A stretch of 64,000 bases of DNA from Candidatus Sungiibacteriota bacterium (GCA_016432465.1 CP066690.1:590823-654822), one strand, 5' to 3'; counted from the first letter of the stretch, positions 18,593 through 28,186 are shown. Made by a program: numbers and translations. The notes: generated by a model from the sequence alone, not told the origin.

Positions 18593-19422
18593 TATCGTTA
18601 ATAATTCTTGCTACAGTTTCGGTCACGATTTGGTATGCGGTTTTTTACTTTGAAGCGCGCCAAAACCTTATCGTGAACTTTTTTGATGTGGGACAGGGTG
18701 ATGCGATTTTTATAGAGGTTCCTGACGGAAATCAGATTTTAATAGACGGGGGACCAAACGACAAAATCCTTTCCAGGCTTGGCGGTGTTATGCCTTTTTG
18801 GGACCGCGATATTGATCTTCTGGTTTTAACCCACCCGCACGCCGACCACCTAGACGGACTTTTAGAAGTTTTGAAACGTTACAACATAGGTCAGGTGCTG
18901 GAGTCGGGGGCAGAACACTCAATTCCTGAATATCAAGAGTGGCGCGATCTTTTGAGAACAAAAAACGTCCCCGTATTTGTGGCCCAACGCGGGCAAAAAG
19001 TTAAGGCCGGCGGAGCAGTTTTTGTCGTCCTTGCCCCGTTTGAAAATTACGGCGGCAAAACCCTAAAAAATATTCATGACGCCACAGTTATTTTAAAAAT
19101 GAATTACGGTTCAACCACGGCCCTTTTTACGGGAGACGCCGAGAAGCAGCTTGAATATAGACTGTTGTGGAGTAACTCGGATATAAAATCAGATATTCTT
19201 AAGGTTGGTCACCATGGTTCTAAAACTTCAACTTCGGAAGAATTTTTAAAAGCAGTGTCACCGAAATTTGCCGTAGTACAAGTTGGCCGCAAAAATCGTT
19301 ACGGCCATCCGGCGCAGGAGGTACTGGATCGTATAGCCGGCGCGGGCGTAGCCCTTTTTAGGGTTGACCTTGATCGTGATACTGAATTTGTCAGTAATGG
19401 TTTACAGTTTTGGCAAAAATAG
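18562..19422 (+). CDS. ComEC-type metallo-beta-lactamase domain protein (separate ORF, -1 frame relative to the upstream gene, 31-nt overlap)
   Basis: N-terminal TM helix then HxHxDH (THPHADH) MBL motif. Confidence 0.7.
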   Translation: MEKSSKNAKLISLIILATVSVTIWYAVFYFEARQNLIVNFFDVGQGDAIFIEVPDGNQILIDGGPNDKILSRLGGVMPFWDRDIDLLVLTHPHADHLDGLLEVLKRYNIGQVLESGAEHSIPEYQEWRDLLRTKNVPVFVAQRGQKVKAGGAVFVVLAPFENYGGKTLKNIHDATVILKMNYGSTTALFTGDAEKQLEYRLLWSNSDIKSDILKVGHHGSKTSTSEEFLKAVSPKFAVVQVGRKNRYGHPAQEVLDRIAGAGVALFRVDLDRDTEFVSNGLQFWQK

Positions 19423-19436
19423 TTAGGATAGAAATC

Positions 19437-20036
19437 ATGGAAGTAAAAAAACATCCCAAAGAAGAACGGACGTTTCTCTTGATAAAGCCCGATGGCGTAA
19501 AGCGCGGACTGGTTGGTGAGTGTATAAAACGAATTGAGCAACGAGGACTTAAAATTATTGCGTTTAAAATGGTCAGGGCGGGCGAGGAACATGCGCGTAC
19601 CCACTATCCCGGAACTGAAAAGTGGCTGCGGGGAATGGGCGAGAAAACACTTGAGACTTATGCCAAATACGGAAAAGACCCCAAAAACGAATTAGGCACT
19701 GATGACCCGTTTAAAATAGGGGAGCAGATTTATAAATGGAATACGGATTTTCTTACTTCGGGGCCAGTAGTGGCCACGATTATTTCCGGGATCCATGCGA
19801 TTGATATGGTTCGTAAAATAGTGGGTAAAACCGTACCGGCTCTGGCGGAGATGGGAACAATACGAGGCGACTTTTCGGTTGATTCTCCGGTGCTGGCCAA
19901 TGGCGGCAAGCGGGCTATCCACAATGTTGTGCATGCTTCAGGAGATCCGGAGGAGGCGGAGCATGAAATTGAACACTGGTTTTCGCCAGAAGAAATACAC
20001 GACTACAAGAGAGCGGAGGAAGACATAATGTTTTGA
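19437..20036 (+). CDS. ndk: nucleoside diphosphate kinase (long form with insertion)
   Basis: ERTFLLIKPDGV, NVVHASGDPEEAEHEI; AGGA RBS before ATG 19437 (listed ORF begins at TTG 19410). Confidence 0.8.
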   Translation: MEVKKHPKEERTFLLIKPDGVKRGLVGECIKRIEQRGLKIIAFKMVRAGEEHARTHYPGTEKWLRGMGEKTLETYAKYGKDPKNELGTDDPFKIGEQIYKWNTDFLTSGPVVATIISGIHAIDMVRKIVGKTVPALAEMGTIRGDFSVDSPVLANGGKRAIHNVVHASGDPEEAEHEIEHWFSPEEIHDYKRAEEDIMF

Positions 20037-20044
20037 AATCAAAA

Positions 20045-20066
20045 AACCGCGCAGACGCGGTTTTTT
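20045..20066 (+). terminator. rho-independent terminator CCGCG-caga-CGCGG-TTTTTT
   Basis: read directly. Confidence 0.6.
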
Positions 20067-20298
20067 GATACCCCACCGTTTCAAGAACAAAAGGCATTTA
20101 GCATAAATCCAAGTGGGTCGCCGCAACCCTCGGTCCAAAGACCTAGGTACTATAAGCGTCCCAAGTAAAAACAATTGTCCTAAAGCCTAAATTCTTGAGC
20201 AGTGAGGCTAACCTTAATATAACAAATTAAAAACCTGCTTGCTACTAAAATATCCCCAGTCGGGTTATATTATTTGAGTACCTTGAAAAAGGGTTTTT

Positions 20299-21378
20299 AT
20301 GAAAATTCTGGTTGTGGGACTCGGAACTATCGGGGAGCCCTTGGCCCGGCTTTTTCTTAAGGTTAAGGACAGACTGGGCATTGAGGAACTTATGGTGCAT
20401 AAAAACACCCCCGAACTTAAATATCGTGGAATGCTTAGCCGTTTTCGTCAGTTTGGGGCAAAACAGGTTGTCTATGTAGAAAAGAAAGAGGAGTTCTCCA
20501 AGCTTCTGGCGCCGAGCTCTTTTGATGCAGACTATACTTTTGAGGAGGCAATTATGCGGGCCGACGTTATTGTGGATTGTACGGTTAAGGGCGTGGGCCG
20601 GATGCTAAAAGAGAAGTACTATCGTCACTTGCCCAACCCCAAAGTAATTTTTCAGGGGTCGGAAAAGGGCACCGGTAAGCCCTATGCTTTTTCGATTAAC
20701 GACAAGGCCCTGATCCCCAACGAAGATAAGTTTATCCAGGTTGTAAGCTGTAACACCCATCAGATTCTTTGTATTTTGCAGACATTGGTATTTGCCTATG
20801 GCGGGGTGGAGAATCTTGGACAGGCCCGTTTCTATATTGCGCGACGTGCCAACGATATTTCCCAGACCGAATCAACCGTGGGAGTAGAAGTTGAGGGTCC
20901 GGTTCATTCGTGTTTTGGTTCGCATCAGGCCGAAGACGCGGCGCGCGTTTTTGCGACTCTGGGCATTAAGGATTTAGACATTCATGCTGCTGCTGATACT
21001 TTCAACAACCCCTTTATGCATGTGATCCACTTCAATATCACGCTGCGTACAGCAGTAACTTTGGAGGAAGTTGAGCGGCGCTTTCGTCAAAACCCCCTTA
21101 CTGCCGTTACTTATTGGCAGACCAACAATGAAGTTTTTGCCGAAGGGCGCGACTGGGGACATTTTGGAAGAATCCTTAATCAGACCGTAGTTTGTTTGCC
21201 CTCGCTGCAGGTGATTGGTGGTGGCCACGAAGTGGTGGGACGGTGTTTTACACCGCAGGACGGCAACGCCATTTTATCTTCTGTGGCCGCTGCGCTTTGG
21301 TTTCGGGATCCTATAAAGTACCGTGAAGAACTTCAGGAAAACTTTTTTAAGCTCCCCTTTATTTTTGATGAAGTCTAA
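20299..21378 (+). CDS. type II (archaeal-type) glyceraldehyde-3-phosphate dehydrogenase family
   Basis: N-terminal Rossmann GLGTIG, ADVIVDCT..IFQGSEK, catalytic VVSCNTH box aligning with archaeal GAPDH SCNTT. Confidence 0.7.
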   Translation: MKILVVGLGTIGEPLARLFLKVKDRLGIEELMVHKNTPELKYRGMLSRFRQFGAKQVVYVEKKEEFSKLLAPSSFDADYTFEEAIMRADVIVDCTVKGVGRMLKEKYYRHLPNPKVIFQGSEKGTGKPYAFSINDKALIPNEDKFIQVVSCNTHQILCILQTLVFAYGGVENLGQARFYIARRANDISQTESTVGVEVEGPVHSCFGSHQAEDAARVFATLGIKDLDIHAAADTFNNPFMHVIHFNITLRTAVTLEEVERRFRQNPLTAVTYWQTNNEVFAEGRDWGHFGRILNQTVVCLPSLQVIGGGHEVVGRCFTPQDGNAILSSVAAALWFRDPIKYREELQENFFKLPFIFDEV

Positions 21379-21387
21379 AAAACAAAA

Positions 21388-21409
21388 CAGACCGTACGGT
21401 CTGTTTTTA
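21388..21409. terminator. bidirectional terminator CAGACCGTACGGTCTG + T-run (A-run on other side)
   Basis: perfect 16-bp palindrome between convergent genes. Confidence 0.6.
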
Positions 21410-21433
21410 TCTTTCAGGTCGGGTATTTTGATC

Positions 21434-22258
21434 CTAGTATTGATTAATCAATTTGTTTACCAAAATCCGTCTCCGTATTGAGGGAAAATAAACCGGCCGA
21501 CCGTAGAGAGTTGTCTTGGCCTTATGGCCAACTCTTGCTAAAAACTTATCTAAGGACAGCTTTTTAGAATACGGGTTGTAAATAGAGTTTTTTAATCTTT
21601 CATCAAGGTCACGCTCATTTCGAATTTCAGGATTTTTACCAGTGGTCTTTCTTACTACCCCGGTTACATAATCTACAATGGATCCGCAGCCGGGCACAAT
21701 CGCATAAGACTCTTCAAGTCTTGGTAACCCCAATTTTGCAGCCAGCCCCCTTACTTCAAATCTAAGAAGTCCGCCAAGCGGCAAAAAATCGCCAGCAAAT
21801 AAATCCTTGGGGTAAAACCCAGTCAAAATCTCGGCTAAGTCCAGTGTTCCCACAACCAAACCGTGTTTTTCACGAGCTATTTCCCGTAGGACTATATACA
21901 TTAGGGAGTCATTCTGGGTGACATCGAAAGATTTTTCTGCGGGCATAAGTTTAATTTTTGCGATTTCTTTTTTCACAACACTCCTATAGTCTTTCGCCAG
22001 CCGTCTTAAGTCTATTTCAATTAAGCGGGTGCCTAAAAGGTTAGATACCCTCCGTGCGTTTTCAGTTTCTTTTTTTCGAAGCGTGGAGGCGCTGAAATGA
22101 ATTCCTACTGTCCTTGATTTGCCAATTGCGTAAGAAGCAACAGCAAGACAAGTGGAGGAGTCAAGACCCCCACTTAATGGCAGATAAAGATATCTCCCGC
22201 TTGGCACAAGGCTTCTAGTCCACTTTATGATTTTCCAAAAATTTGACTTGTCTTGCAT
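21434..22258 (-). CDS. nadE: NH3-dependent NAD+ synthetase
   Basis: PP-loop LPLSGGLDSS, GTLDLAEILTGFYPKD...LPLGGL. Confidence 0.7.
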   Translation of the reverse strand: MQDKSNFWKIIKWTRSLVPSGRYLYLPLSGGLDSSTCLAVASYAIGKSRTVGIHFSASTLRKKETENARRVSNLLGTRLIEIDLRRLAKDYRSVVKKEIAKIKLMPAEKSFDVTQNDSLMYIVLREIAREKHGLVVGTLDLAEILTGFYPKDLFAGDFLPLGGLLRFEVRGLAAKLGLPRLEESYAIVPGCGSIVDYVTGVVRKTTGKNPEIRNERDLDERLKNSIYNPYSKKLSLDKFLARVGHKAKTTLYGRPVYFPSIRRRILVNKLINQY

Positions 22259-22260
22259 TG

Positions 22261-22331
22261 TCGGGGTACCGAGATTCGAACTCGGACTAAATCCACCCCA
22301 TGGACTCGTGCTGCCGTTACACTATACCCCG
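22261..22331 (-). tRNA. tRNA-Pro (anticodon GGG), 71 nt, no encoded CCA
   Basis: manual cloverleaf: acceptor CGGGGTA/TACCCCG, T-arm CCGAG-TTCGAAT-CTCGG, anticodon loop AT-GGG-GT. Confidence 0.7.
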
Positions 22332-22388
22332 CCTTCGTCCGCCGTAGCGGACTTCGGCGGGTAAAACCCGTTAGTCCGCGAAGGCGGA
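22332..22388 (-). terminator. GC-rich nested hairpins between the hydrolase gene and tRNA-Pro
   Basis: CCGCCTTCG...CGAAGGCGG and GTCCGC-cgta-GCGGAC. Confidence 0.4.
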
Positions 22389-23279
22389 TTACACCTTCTT
22401 TATCCATCTCATAATCGTCCGTGAAAGTTCCTTTTCTTTTTTCTGAAAGCCGTGCTTCGCGCCTTTAATTATAAATCCAGAAAAAGATTTTGTCCCGCGC
22501 GCATTTTTCTCAAAAATTTCAATTAAATTTTTGGCGGGGCGGTCAAGGTGTTCATCGCGAGAGCCGATAATTACGGCTAATGGCACCCGAACGCTTTTTA
22601 ACTCTTTCCACTTGGCGCGTGGATTAAGATAGGGGAACACATCTTCGGGGCTTCCTTGGGTATGCAAACTAAGGTAGCGGCGGGCAGTTATTATTTCCGG
22701 CTTTAGCCCGCGTCTTGTAAAAATCTCCATAGGAAACAGCTGGTCAAGCCGTTTTTTATTGCGGGCTATTTTCTGTACCTCTTTGAGTATTGGCTCAAAC
22801 GCTTTGCCAAGTTTCTTTTTTTCTGCAGCAATGTCGTTAATTCCTCCCAAAAGAAGCAGTCCCCGTACGCGGCGGTCGCGCGCTTTATACATATAGTATA
22901 GAACCTTGTTTGTGCCGGTGGAATGTCCGGCCAGAAAAATATGTTTGTATCCAAATCTCTGTGCCGTGTTGACGATGGCCCGGATGTCGTGGACGCAATC
23001 CTCAAATTTTTCAAAGGCTGAACCGCCAAGTCCGGCAGGCGGGAGCGCCTCATAATTTATAATATCGTGCCCGCGGTTATTAAATTTAAAGTATCCGATT
23101 CCATTTTTTCTGCAGCGCGATGCGAGCTCGTTGACGAGCGTTTGTCCCGAATAAAATCGTGAAGAAAAACCATGTATCCAGACAAGGGCGATTTTTGATT
23201 TCTTTTTTGGCCGGACATAGATGCCGTCCAGCGTAACTCCGTCACGGGTTTTTATTTTGGTGAGAAGAACGGGGATCAA
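22389..23279 (-). CDS. alpha/beta hydrolase
   Basis: GHSTG nucleophile elbow. Confidence 0.7.
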   Translation of the reverse strand: MIPVLLTKIKTRDGVTLDGIYVRPKKKSKIALVWIHGFSSRFYSGQTLVNELASRCRKNGIGYFKFNNRGHDIINYEALPPAGLGGSAFEKFEDCVHDIRAIVNTAQRFGYKHIFLAGHSTGTNKVLYYMYKARDRRVRGLLLLGGINDIAAEKKKLGKAFEPILKEVQKIARNKKRLDQLFPMEIFTRRGLKPEIITARRYLSLHTQGSPEDVFPYLNPRAKWKELKSVRVPLAVIIGSRDEHLDRPAKNLIEIFEKNARGTKSFSGFIIKGAKHGFQKKEKELSRTIMRWIKKV

Positions 23280-23295
23280 GTTAGTTCAATGTTTT

Positions 23296-23398
23296 AGGTT
23301 CCATGTTTACGTTATTCGTTTTAGGTTAAGGTTAACAAAAACTAATAACTTTAAACTTTAACTTACAACTTTTAACTTAAAACTAAGGAGGGGTATTC
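23296..23398 (+). repeat. AT-rich ~90-bp repeat (second copy at 41317-41424) ending in a GGAGG
   Basis: shared GTTTACGTTA...TTAACAAAAACT..AACTTAAAACT blocks. Confidence 0.5.
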
Positions 23399-24958
23399 TT
23401 TTGCCAGCTCCACAATATACCGTACTCCAACACCCGATGCGCCTTTGGCAAGAAACTCCGATTCCGTTGTGGTCATGCGCGGCGCGATATCAAGATGGGC
23501 CCAACGCGTTTTCCCCACAAATTGTTCAAGGAATTTTGCTCCGTGAATTGCTCCGCCCCGGCGATCTCCTTTGCCGATATTGGCAACGTCGCCGAAAGTT
23601 CCCTGGATTTCCGGTAAGTACTCATCCCATAAAGGCAGAGGCCAGACGTAGTCACCCGATATTTTTCCTACTTCTATCAGTTTTTCCTGCAGAGCTTCTC
23701 TATTCGTAAAAAGTGCGGATGCGTAATTCCCCAAGGCAACATGTGCCGAGCCAGTGAGTGTTGCTAAATCAACCATAAGTCCGGGCTGGTAGCGCGTGCC
23801 GTAATGTAGGGCATCAGAGAGAATCACGCGGCCTTCGGCATCAGTATTTAAAACCTCAATTGTTTTTCCGGACATAGTTTTAAGTAAATCTCCGGGGTGA
23901 TAACTTGAGCCGGAGGGCATATTTTCCACTGCCGGAATAAGGCCGATGACATTAATGGGAAGTTTGAGCCGCGCAAGGGCAGCCATTCCGTGTATTACTG
24001 CCGCGCCTCCCGACATATCCATATGCATTTCATAAATAGAGGTTTCCGGTTTTAAGTTTAGTCCACCAGTATCAAATGTTACCCCTTTGCCGACAAGCAC
24101 CAATGGTTTTTGCCGCCCAGCTTTGCTGGGCGAGCCTCGTCCCGCTTTTAGCGAGGCGGGTTCTTTTGACCCGTGCCGATACTCTAAAATAATAAATTTT
24201 GGTTTCTCATCCGACCCTCTGGCAACCCCGAGCACCCCTCCCATTCCGAGCCGCCTCATTTCTTTTTCTTCCAAAATTTTGACTCGCAGGCCGGTTCTTT
24301 TGGCCGTATGTGTAGCAGCTTCGGCGAGTCGGGCAGGCGTCATATCATCCCCGGGAGTATTGGTAAGTTCCCGGGCCGCATTTGTTTCTTCTCCTATAAT
24401 AGTTCCCTCTTTTATGCCTTTTTGAATTTCAGGAAAATCTTTTTTGTCCGCAGCAAGATAAATAGTTTTTACTTCCGGCCATCCGCCCATAGGCCGCTCT
24501 TTATATTTCACAAATTCAAAATTGGCCATGAGAGCGTTCGCCGTAAATACGGCAGCTCCATCTTTTTTATTCGTCCCTAGGTATGAACCGAAAGGAGTGG
24601 TGAATTCCGTTATTCTTTCGCTCCTTGCGTATTGCACATAGCGTCGTGCTACGAGCGGCGTTTTGCGATAATTCCATTTTGCTTGCCCCGCACCGTCGCG
24701 AAGCGTCTGGCGCGGGGATTTTCCCCCGAAACCAAAAAGCACAATTCTCTCCGGGCGCCCTTTAGCAAGCCAGAGCGATTTTGTTTCTTTCTCGTCTGCG
24801 CGGAATTCTTTTTTGGCAAAACCCGACAAAGGTTTCCGCGTTGACTCCGGCAGGTATGAAAAAAACTCCTCTTTGGCGAGAGGCTCTTTTTGAAATAGGC
24901 CCAGAAAAACATTTTTTGTTCGGGCAGCTTCTCTATGGGTTAGGGGCGTGATTTTCAT
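23372..24958 (-). CDS. pepA: leucyl aminopeptidase (M17)
   Basis: NTDAEGRVILSDAL signature; start taken at MKITPL (4-bp overlap with rpmB stop). Confidence 0.85.
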   Translation of the reverse strand: MKITPLTHREAARTKNVFLGLFQKEPLAKEEFFSYLPESTRKPLSGFAKKEFRADEKETKSLWLAKGRPERIVLFGFGGKSPRQTLRDGAGQAKWNYRKTPLVARRYVQYARSERITEFTTPFGSYLGTNKKDGAAVFTANALMANFEFVKYKERPMGGWPEVKTIYLAADKKDFPEIQKGIKEGTIIGEETNAARELTNTPGDDMTPARLAEAATHTAKRTGLRVKILEEKEMRRLGMGGVLGVARGSDEKPKFIILEYRHGSKEPASLKAGRGSPSKAGRQKPLVLVGKGVTFDTGGLNLKPETSIYEMHMDMSGGAAVIHGMAALARLKLPINVIGLIPAVENMPSGSSYHPGDLLKTMSGKTIEVLNTDAEGRVILSDALHYGTRYQPGLMVDLATLTGSAHVALGNYASALFTNREALQEKLIEVGKISGDYVWPLPLWDEYLPEIQGTFGDVANIGKGDRRGGAIHGAKFLEQFVGKTRWAHLDIAPRMTTTESEFLAKGASGVGVRYIVELAKEYPSLVLS

Positions 24959-25137
24959 GTTTTGTGGAGTTTTTTCAGGCAGTCCATGCACACTTTAGCC
25001 CTTTTTCCAGAAGCTAATTTTGCCCACTGCAAATTAGGGTATTTTCGTACGGTTGTTGTTGGGTTATAATGGCTGCGGAGGAAAGAACGTCTGCCTCCTT
25101 TCGCAGACCCTTTGTGACAAATAGCGCACGATCGCAT
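24955..25137 (-). CDS. rpmB: ribosomal protein L28
   Basis: C.IC.K...SH..N.T.R...PNLQ pattern with CxxC..CxxC. Confidence 0.55.
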   Translation of the reverse strand: MRSCAICHKGSAKGGRRSFLRSHYNPTTTVRKYPNLQWAKLASGKRAKVCMDCLKKLHKT

Positions 25138-25160
25138 AAATTAAACTTTAACATTTTTAA

Positions 25161-25808
25161 ATGGAAAACGCAATTGGCGCCATTTTTTATATTGCTGTTC
25201 TTGTATTTTCCGTAGTAATCCATGAGGTATCGCATGGATATACCGCGCGTAGACTTGGGGACCGCACCGCCGAAGACGCAGGACGTCTTACCTTAAATCC
25301 GATTCCACACCTTGATCCCTTTGGGTCAATTTTATTGCCGGCTTTTTTATTGCTTATCGGCAGTCCCATACTAATAGGTTGGGCCAAGCCTGTTCCGTAT
25401 AATCCTTATAATTTACGAAATCAAAAATGGGGGCCGGCGTTGGTGGGCGCGGCAGGGCCGCTTGCCAATATCTCGCTTGCGGTTATCTTCGGGCTTTTGG
25501 TTAGATTTCTGCCAAGTCTTAGCGTCGGCCTCTCCGGCATTTTTATTTTAAACTTCATTACCATTGCAAGCACCATCGCGCTTCTTAACTTGGCGTTGGC
25601 CTTTTTTAATCTTGTTCCCATTCCGCCGCTGGACGGCTCCAAAGTACTTTTTGGAATTTTGCCGTATCAATGGAGGGGAGTTCAATACTTTCTGGAGCAG
25701 TACGGCACTTTTTTGCTTTTGATTTTTATTTTCTTTTTCGCGCGTCTTTTATTTCCGATTGTGCTCTTTTTCTTCAGGTTAATTACTGGCACATCCCCGT
25801 TCTTTTAG
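25161..25808 (+). CDS. M50 / site-2-protease family zinc metalloprotease
   Basis: HEVSH motif in TM helix, LNPIPHLDPFG. Confidence 0.75.
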   Translation: MENAIGAIFYIAVLVFSVVIHEVSHGYTARRLGDRTAEDAGRLTLNPIPHLDPFGSILLPAFLLLIGSPILIGWAKPVPYNPYNLRNQKWGPALVGAAGPLANISLAVIFGLLVRFLPSLSVGLSGIFILNFITIASTIALLNLALAFFNLVPIPPLDGSKVLFGILPYQWRGVQYFLEQYGTFLLLIFIFFFARLLFPIVLFFFRLITGTSPFF

Positions 25809-25877
25809 AGTGCTTGACAAAATACCAGTTTGTCTGGTACTATAATAGCACGAGGCTCTTTACAATGGGGGATAACA

Positions 25878-26834
25878 ATGAAGCGGTTCCTTACGGTCGC
25901 GGCCATTTTTGTTTTACTTTTTGGTTTGACCGCGCTAAGTGAAGCGCAAACAACGACGTGTACTGGAACATCAGTAAACTGTAGCAGTAATGCCGGTGGA
26001 GCTGGTGGTCAAGGTGGTAATGCGACAGGTGGGAATGCGACTGCCACAACCGGGAACCAGACTAACCAGCAGACCAATGACCAAACAAACCAACAGACTA
26101 ACCAGCAGACCAATGACCAAACAAACCAACAGACTAATCAGCAGACAACTACCCAGACCCAGAGTCAGGGTGATCAAAGTCAGTCAAATAAGCAGGAGAC
26201 TAAGGTGAGTACTCCAGTACAACCAGTTCCAGTTCCGTCCCCGAACATCACAATGCCCAATGCCACTCAGCCGATTAAACCCGAGGGTTGGGTCAATAAT
26301 TTTGCATTTAAGCCTTCAAAGATGACGTATGAGCAGGCCGAACGTTGTGCTGGGGGAAATGTGGAGAGTTCTTGGGATGGAGGTAAGGTGAAGATGTCGC
26401 GTAGTATCATACTATTTTGGCTAGACAATATGAAATTTCCTACTGCTGATTCCATGGATAATTACGTTGGAACAGCCAAGGCTTCGGATTACGAGCGATC
26501 TTCAAGTATGGCAGTACTTTGTTCGGCAGCACTAAAAGCAATGAGAAATGGTGCTGAAGTAGGGTTTGTGGACTACGTTCATCGTCCCGAGAATCATACC
26601 TCAAGTCGTGGCATTGGCGGAACATTCGGCTTTTCCGGGGTTCCCGGAGGCGGCGGAAACCCGTATGCTATTGCCGGCGGAGGCGGGCCAATGTTTGGAA
26701 GTTCTGATACCCATGTTCGTGGAAGACTCATCGTGCATATCCAGGGTTTTTGCGGTGACCCCTGCCAGGATCAGACAACAAAGAAAGACCCAGGTGATTA
26801 TAAATTCACGTCGGACCTCTACTCGTCAAACTAA
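25878..26834 (+). CDS. secreted low-complexity repeat protein (TNQQTNDQ repeats)
   Basis: signal peptide MKRFLTVAAIFVLLFGLTALSEA; 36-bp tandem repeats 26050-26150; start taken at 25878 inside listed ORF. Confidence 0.55.
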   Translation: MKRFLTVAAIFVLLFGLTALSEAQTTTCTGTSVNCSSNAGGAGGQGGNATGGNATATTGNQTNQQTNDQTNQQTNQQTNDQTNQQTNQQTTTQTQSQGDQSQSNKQETKVSTPVQPVPVPSPNITMPNATQPIKPEGWVNNFAFKPSKMTYEQAERCAGGNVESSWDGGKVKMSRSIILFWLDNMKFPTADSMDNYVGTAKASDYERSSSMAVLCSAALKAMRNGAEVGFVDYVHRPENHTSSRGIGGTFGFSGVPGGGGNPYAIAGGGGPMFGSSDTHVRGRLIVHIQGFCGDPCQDQTTKKDPGDYKFTSDLYSSN

Positions 26835-26851
26835 AATAGTCAGTAGTGACA

Positions 26852-26886
26852 GCCCATAATCGAGTTCTCGATTATGGGCCTTTTTA
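26852..26886 (+). terminator. rho-independent terminator GCCCATAATCGAG-ttc-TCGATTATGGGC-TTTTT
   Basis: 13-bp perfect stem + T-run. Confidence 0.7.
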
Positions 26887-26896
26887 ATGCGAGCGG

Positions 26897-26925
26897 TTGA
26901 CCGCTAAGCAGTCTTCTGCTAAAAT
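26897..26925 (+). promoter_or_regulatory. promoter TTGACC-17nt-TAAAAT positioned 7 nt upstream of the rpsL ATG (leaderless-type)
   Basis: hexamers read directly; no SD between -10 and ATG. Confidence 0.5.
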
Positions 26926-26932
26926 TTCTTTT

Positions 26933-27346
26933 ATGCCGACTATTACGCAGTTAATTAAACACGGGCGCTCGGCCCGCCGCTATAAAGCAAAAGCGCCTGC
27001 TCTTTTGCGCGGATTTAATGTTTTGAAAAATCGCCCCGAATTTTATCCTTCGCCGTTCAAGCGCGGAGTCTGCATCAAAGTAACAACCGTAACACCAAAG
27101 AAACCAAATTCCGCCCTGCGCAAGGTGGCGCGTGTTAGACTTACGAACGGCATGGAAGTTACGGCCTACATCCCGGGAGAAGGGCATAAACTTCAGGAGC
27201 ATTCGGTGGTTTTAATCCGTGGGGGAAGAGTCAAAGATTTGCCGGGAGTTCGGTATCATATTGTGCGTGGTATACTTGATACCACGGGAGTGGAGGGCAG
27301 AAAACAACAACGTTCCAAATATGGAGCAAAAAGGCCAAAACAATAG
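26933..27346 (+). CDS. rpsL: ribosomal protein S12
   Basis: [12 protein letters not shown] start; listed ORF extended upstream to 26897. Confidence 0.9.
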   Translation: MPTITQLIKHGRSARRYKAKAPALLRGFNVLKNRPEFYPSPFKRGVCIKVTTVTPKKPNSALRKVARVRLTNGMEVTAYIPGEGHKLQEHSVVLIRGGRVKDLPGVRYHIVRGILDTTGVEGRKQQRSKYGAKRPKQ

Positions 27347-27348
27347 TT

Positions 27349-27816
27349 ATGAGAAGGAAAAAGAAATTTCAACGAGAAATAACCTCCGATCAAAAATACA
27401 GCAACGTACAGGTTGCTAAATTTATTAACTACGTTATGCGTAAGGGGAAAAAATCTACCGCCCAGAGGGTTGTTTATAAAACTTTTGATTTGATTGAAAA
27501 AAAATATAAACAGGATCCGCTTGGTGTATTTACCACGGCAGTGCAAAATGCGGGGCCAACTCTTGAAGTACGTTCGCGCCGCATCGGCGGCGCAACTTAT
27601 CAGGTGCCGCGCGAAGTGAGGGGAGATAGAAGGCAAGCCTTGGCGTTTCGTTGGATTCTGGGTGCAGCGCGTTCCAAAAAAGGAAAACCCATGCACGAGA
27701 AATTAGCCGAAGAGTTGGTGGCCGCCACAAAGAATGAAGGTGTGGCAATAAAGAAAAAACTGGACACCCATCGTATGGCCGAGGCAAACAAAGCATTTGC
27801 GCATTTCGCGTGGTAA
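27349..27816 (+). CDS. rpsG: ribosomal protein S7
   Basis: ends ...[12 protein letters not shown]. Confidence 0.9.
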   Translation: MRRKKKFQREITSDQKYSNVQVAKFINYVMRKGKKSTAQRVVYKTFDLIEKKYKQDPLGVFTTAVQNAGPTLEVRSRRIGGATYQVPREVRGDRRQALAFRWILGAARSKKGKPMHEKLAEELVAATKNEGVAIKKKLDTHRMAEANKAFAHFAW

Positions 27817-27867
27817 GAACCCGAGAATGCGAAGCGCCAACCTTCAAAATTATATAAAAGGCGCGGA

Positions 27868-27937
27868 GTCCCGCACCGAACGAAGTTCTGGTGCGGGAGC
27901 AGAGGCCAATAAGGCGTTTGCTCACTTCGCGTGGTAG
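27868..27937 (+). pseudogene. hairpin (GTCCCGCACC...GGTGCGGGA) plus a second, synonymous-diverged copy of the rpsG 3' end ([12 protein letters not shown]-stop)
   Basis: gcagaggccaataaggcgtttgctcacttcgcgtggtag re-encodes the last 12 codons of rpsG with 9 synonymous changes. Confidence 0.6.
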
Positions 27938-27960
27938 ATTGCTCGCTAAAGCGGTTCCCT

Positions 27961-28091
27961 CGCCCCGCTCTTTTGTAAACACGCTCGTTTCGCTCCTGCG
28001 GCGAAACTCGCTAATAGTCGGCCGAAGTTTTCTCTGCCTATGGCAGAGAACCAAGCAAACTCCGTCCTCCATTGTTTACAAAAGGGCGGGG
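27961..28091. mobile_element. miniature inverted-repeat element, copy 1
   Basis: TIR CGCCCCGCTCTTTTGTAAAC / GTTTACAAAAGGGCGGGGCTCG; internal GAAGTTTTC and CCGTCCTCCATTGTTT shared with copy at 34170. Confidence 0.6.
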
Positions 28092-28186
28092 CTCGACCGC
28101 TTTACGCTCGCTTATAGAATTTTATTAACGGCCTCGGCCGCATTCTTACTCGCAGTGGGCATTTTTATTTTGTAAAGTATAATTTT

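Noticed and set aside
20067-20298. Possible small RNA (tmRNA/6S/SRP) in the 230-bp ndk-GAPDH spacer
   Set aside because: No recognisable conserved motifs (no tag-peptide reading frame, no SRP GGAA/GNRA helix-8 signature).
23401-23709. Plus-strand 102-aa ORF with GGAGG upstream
   Set aside because: Lies antisense within the conserved C-terminus of pepA. Likely a shadow ORF, though the upstream AT-rich repeat plus GGAGG is noted.
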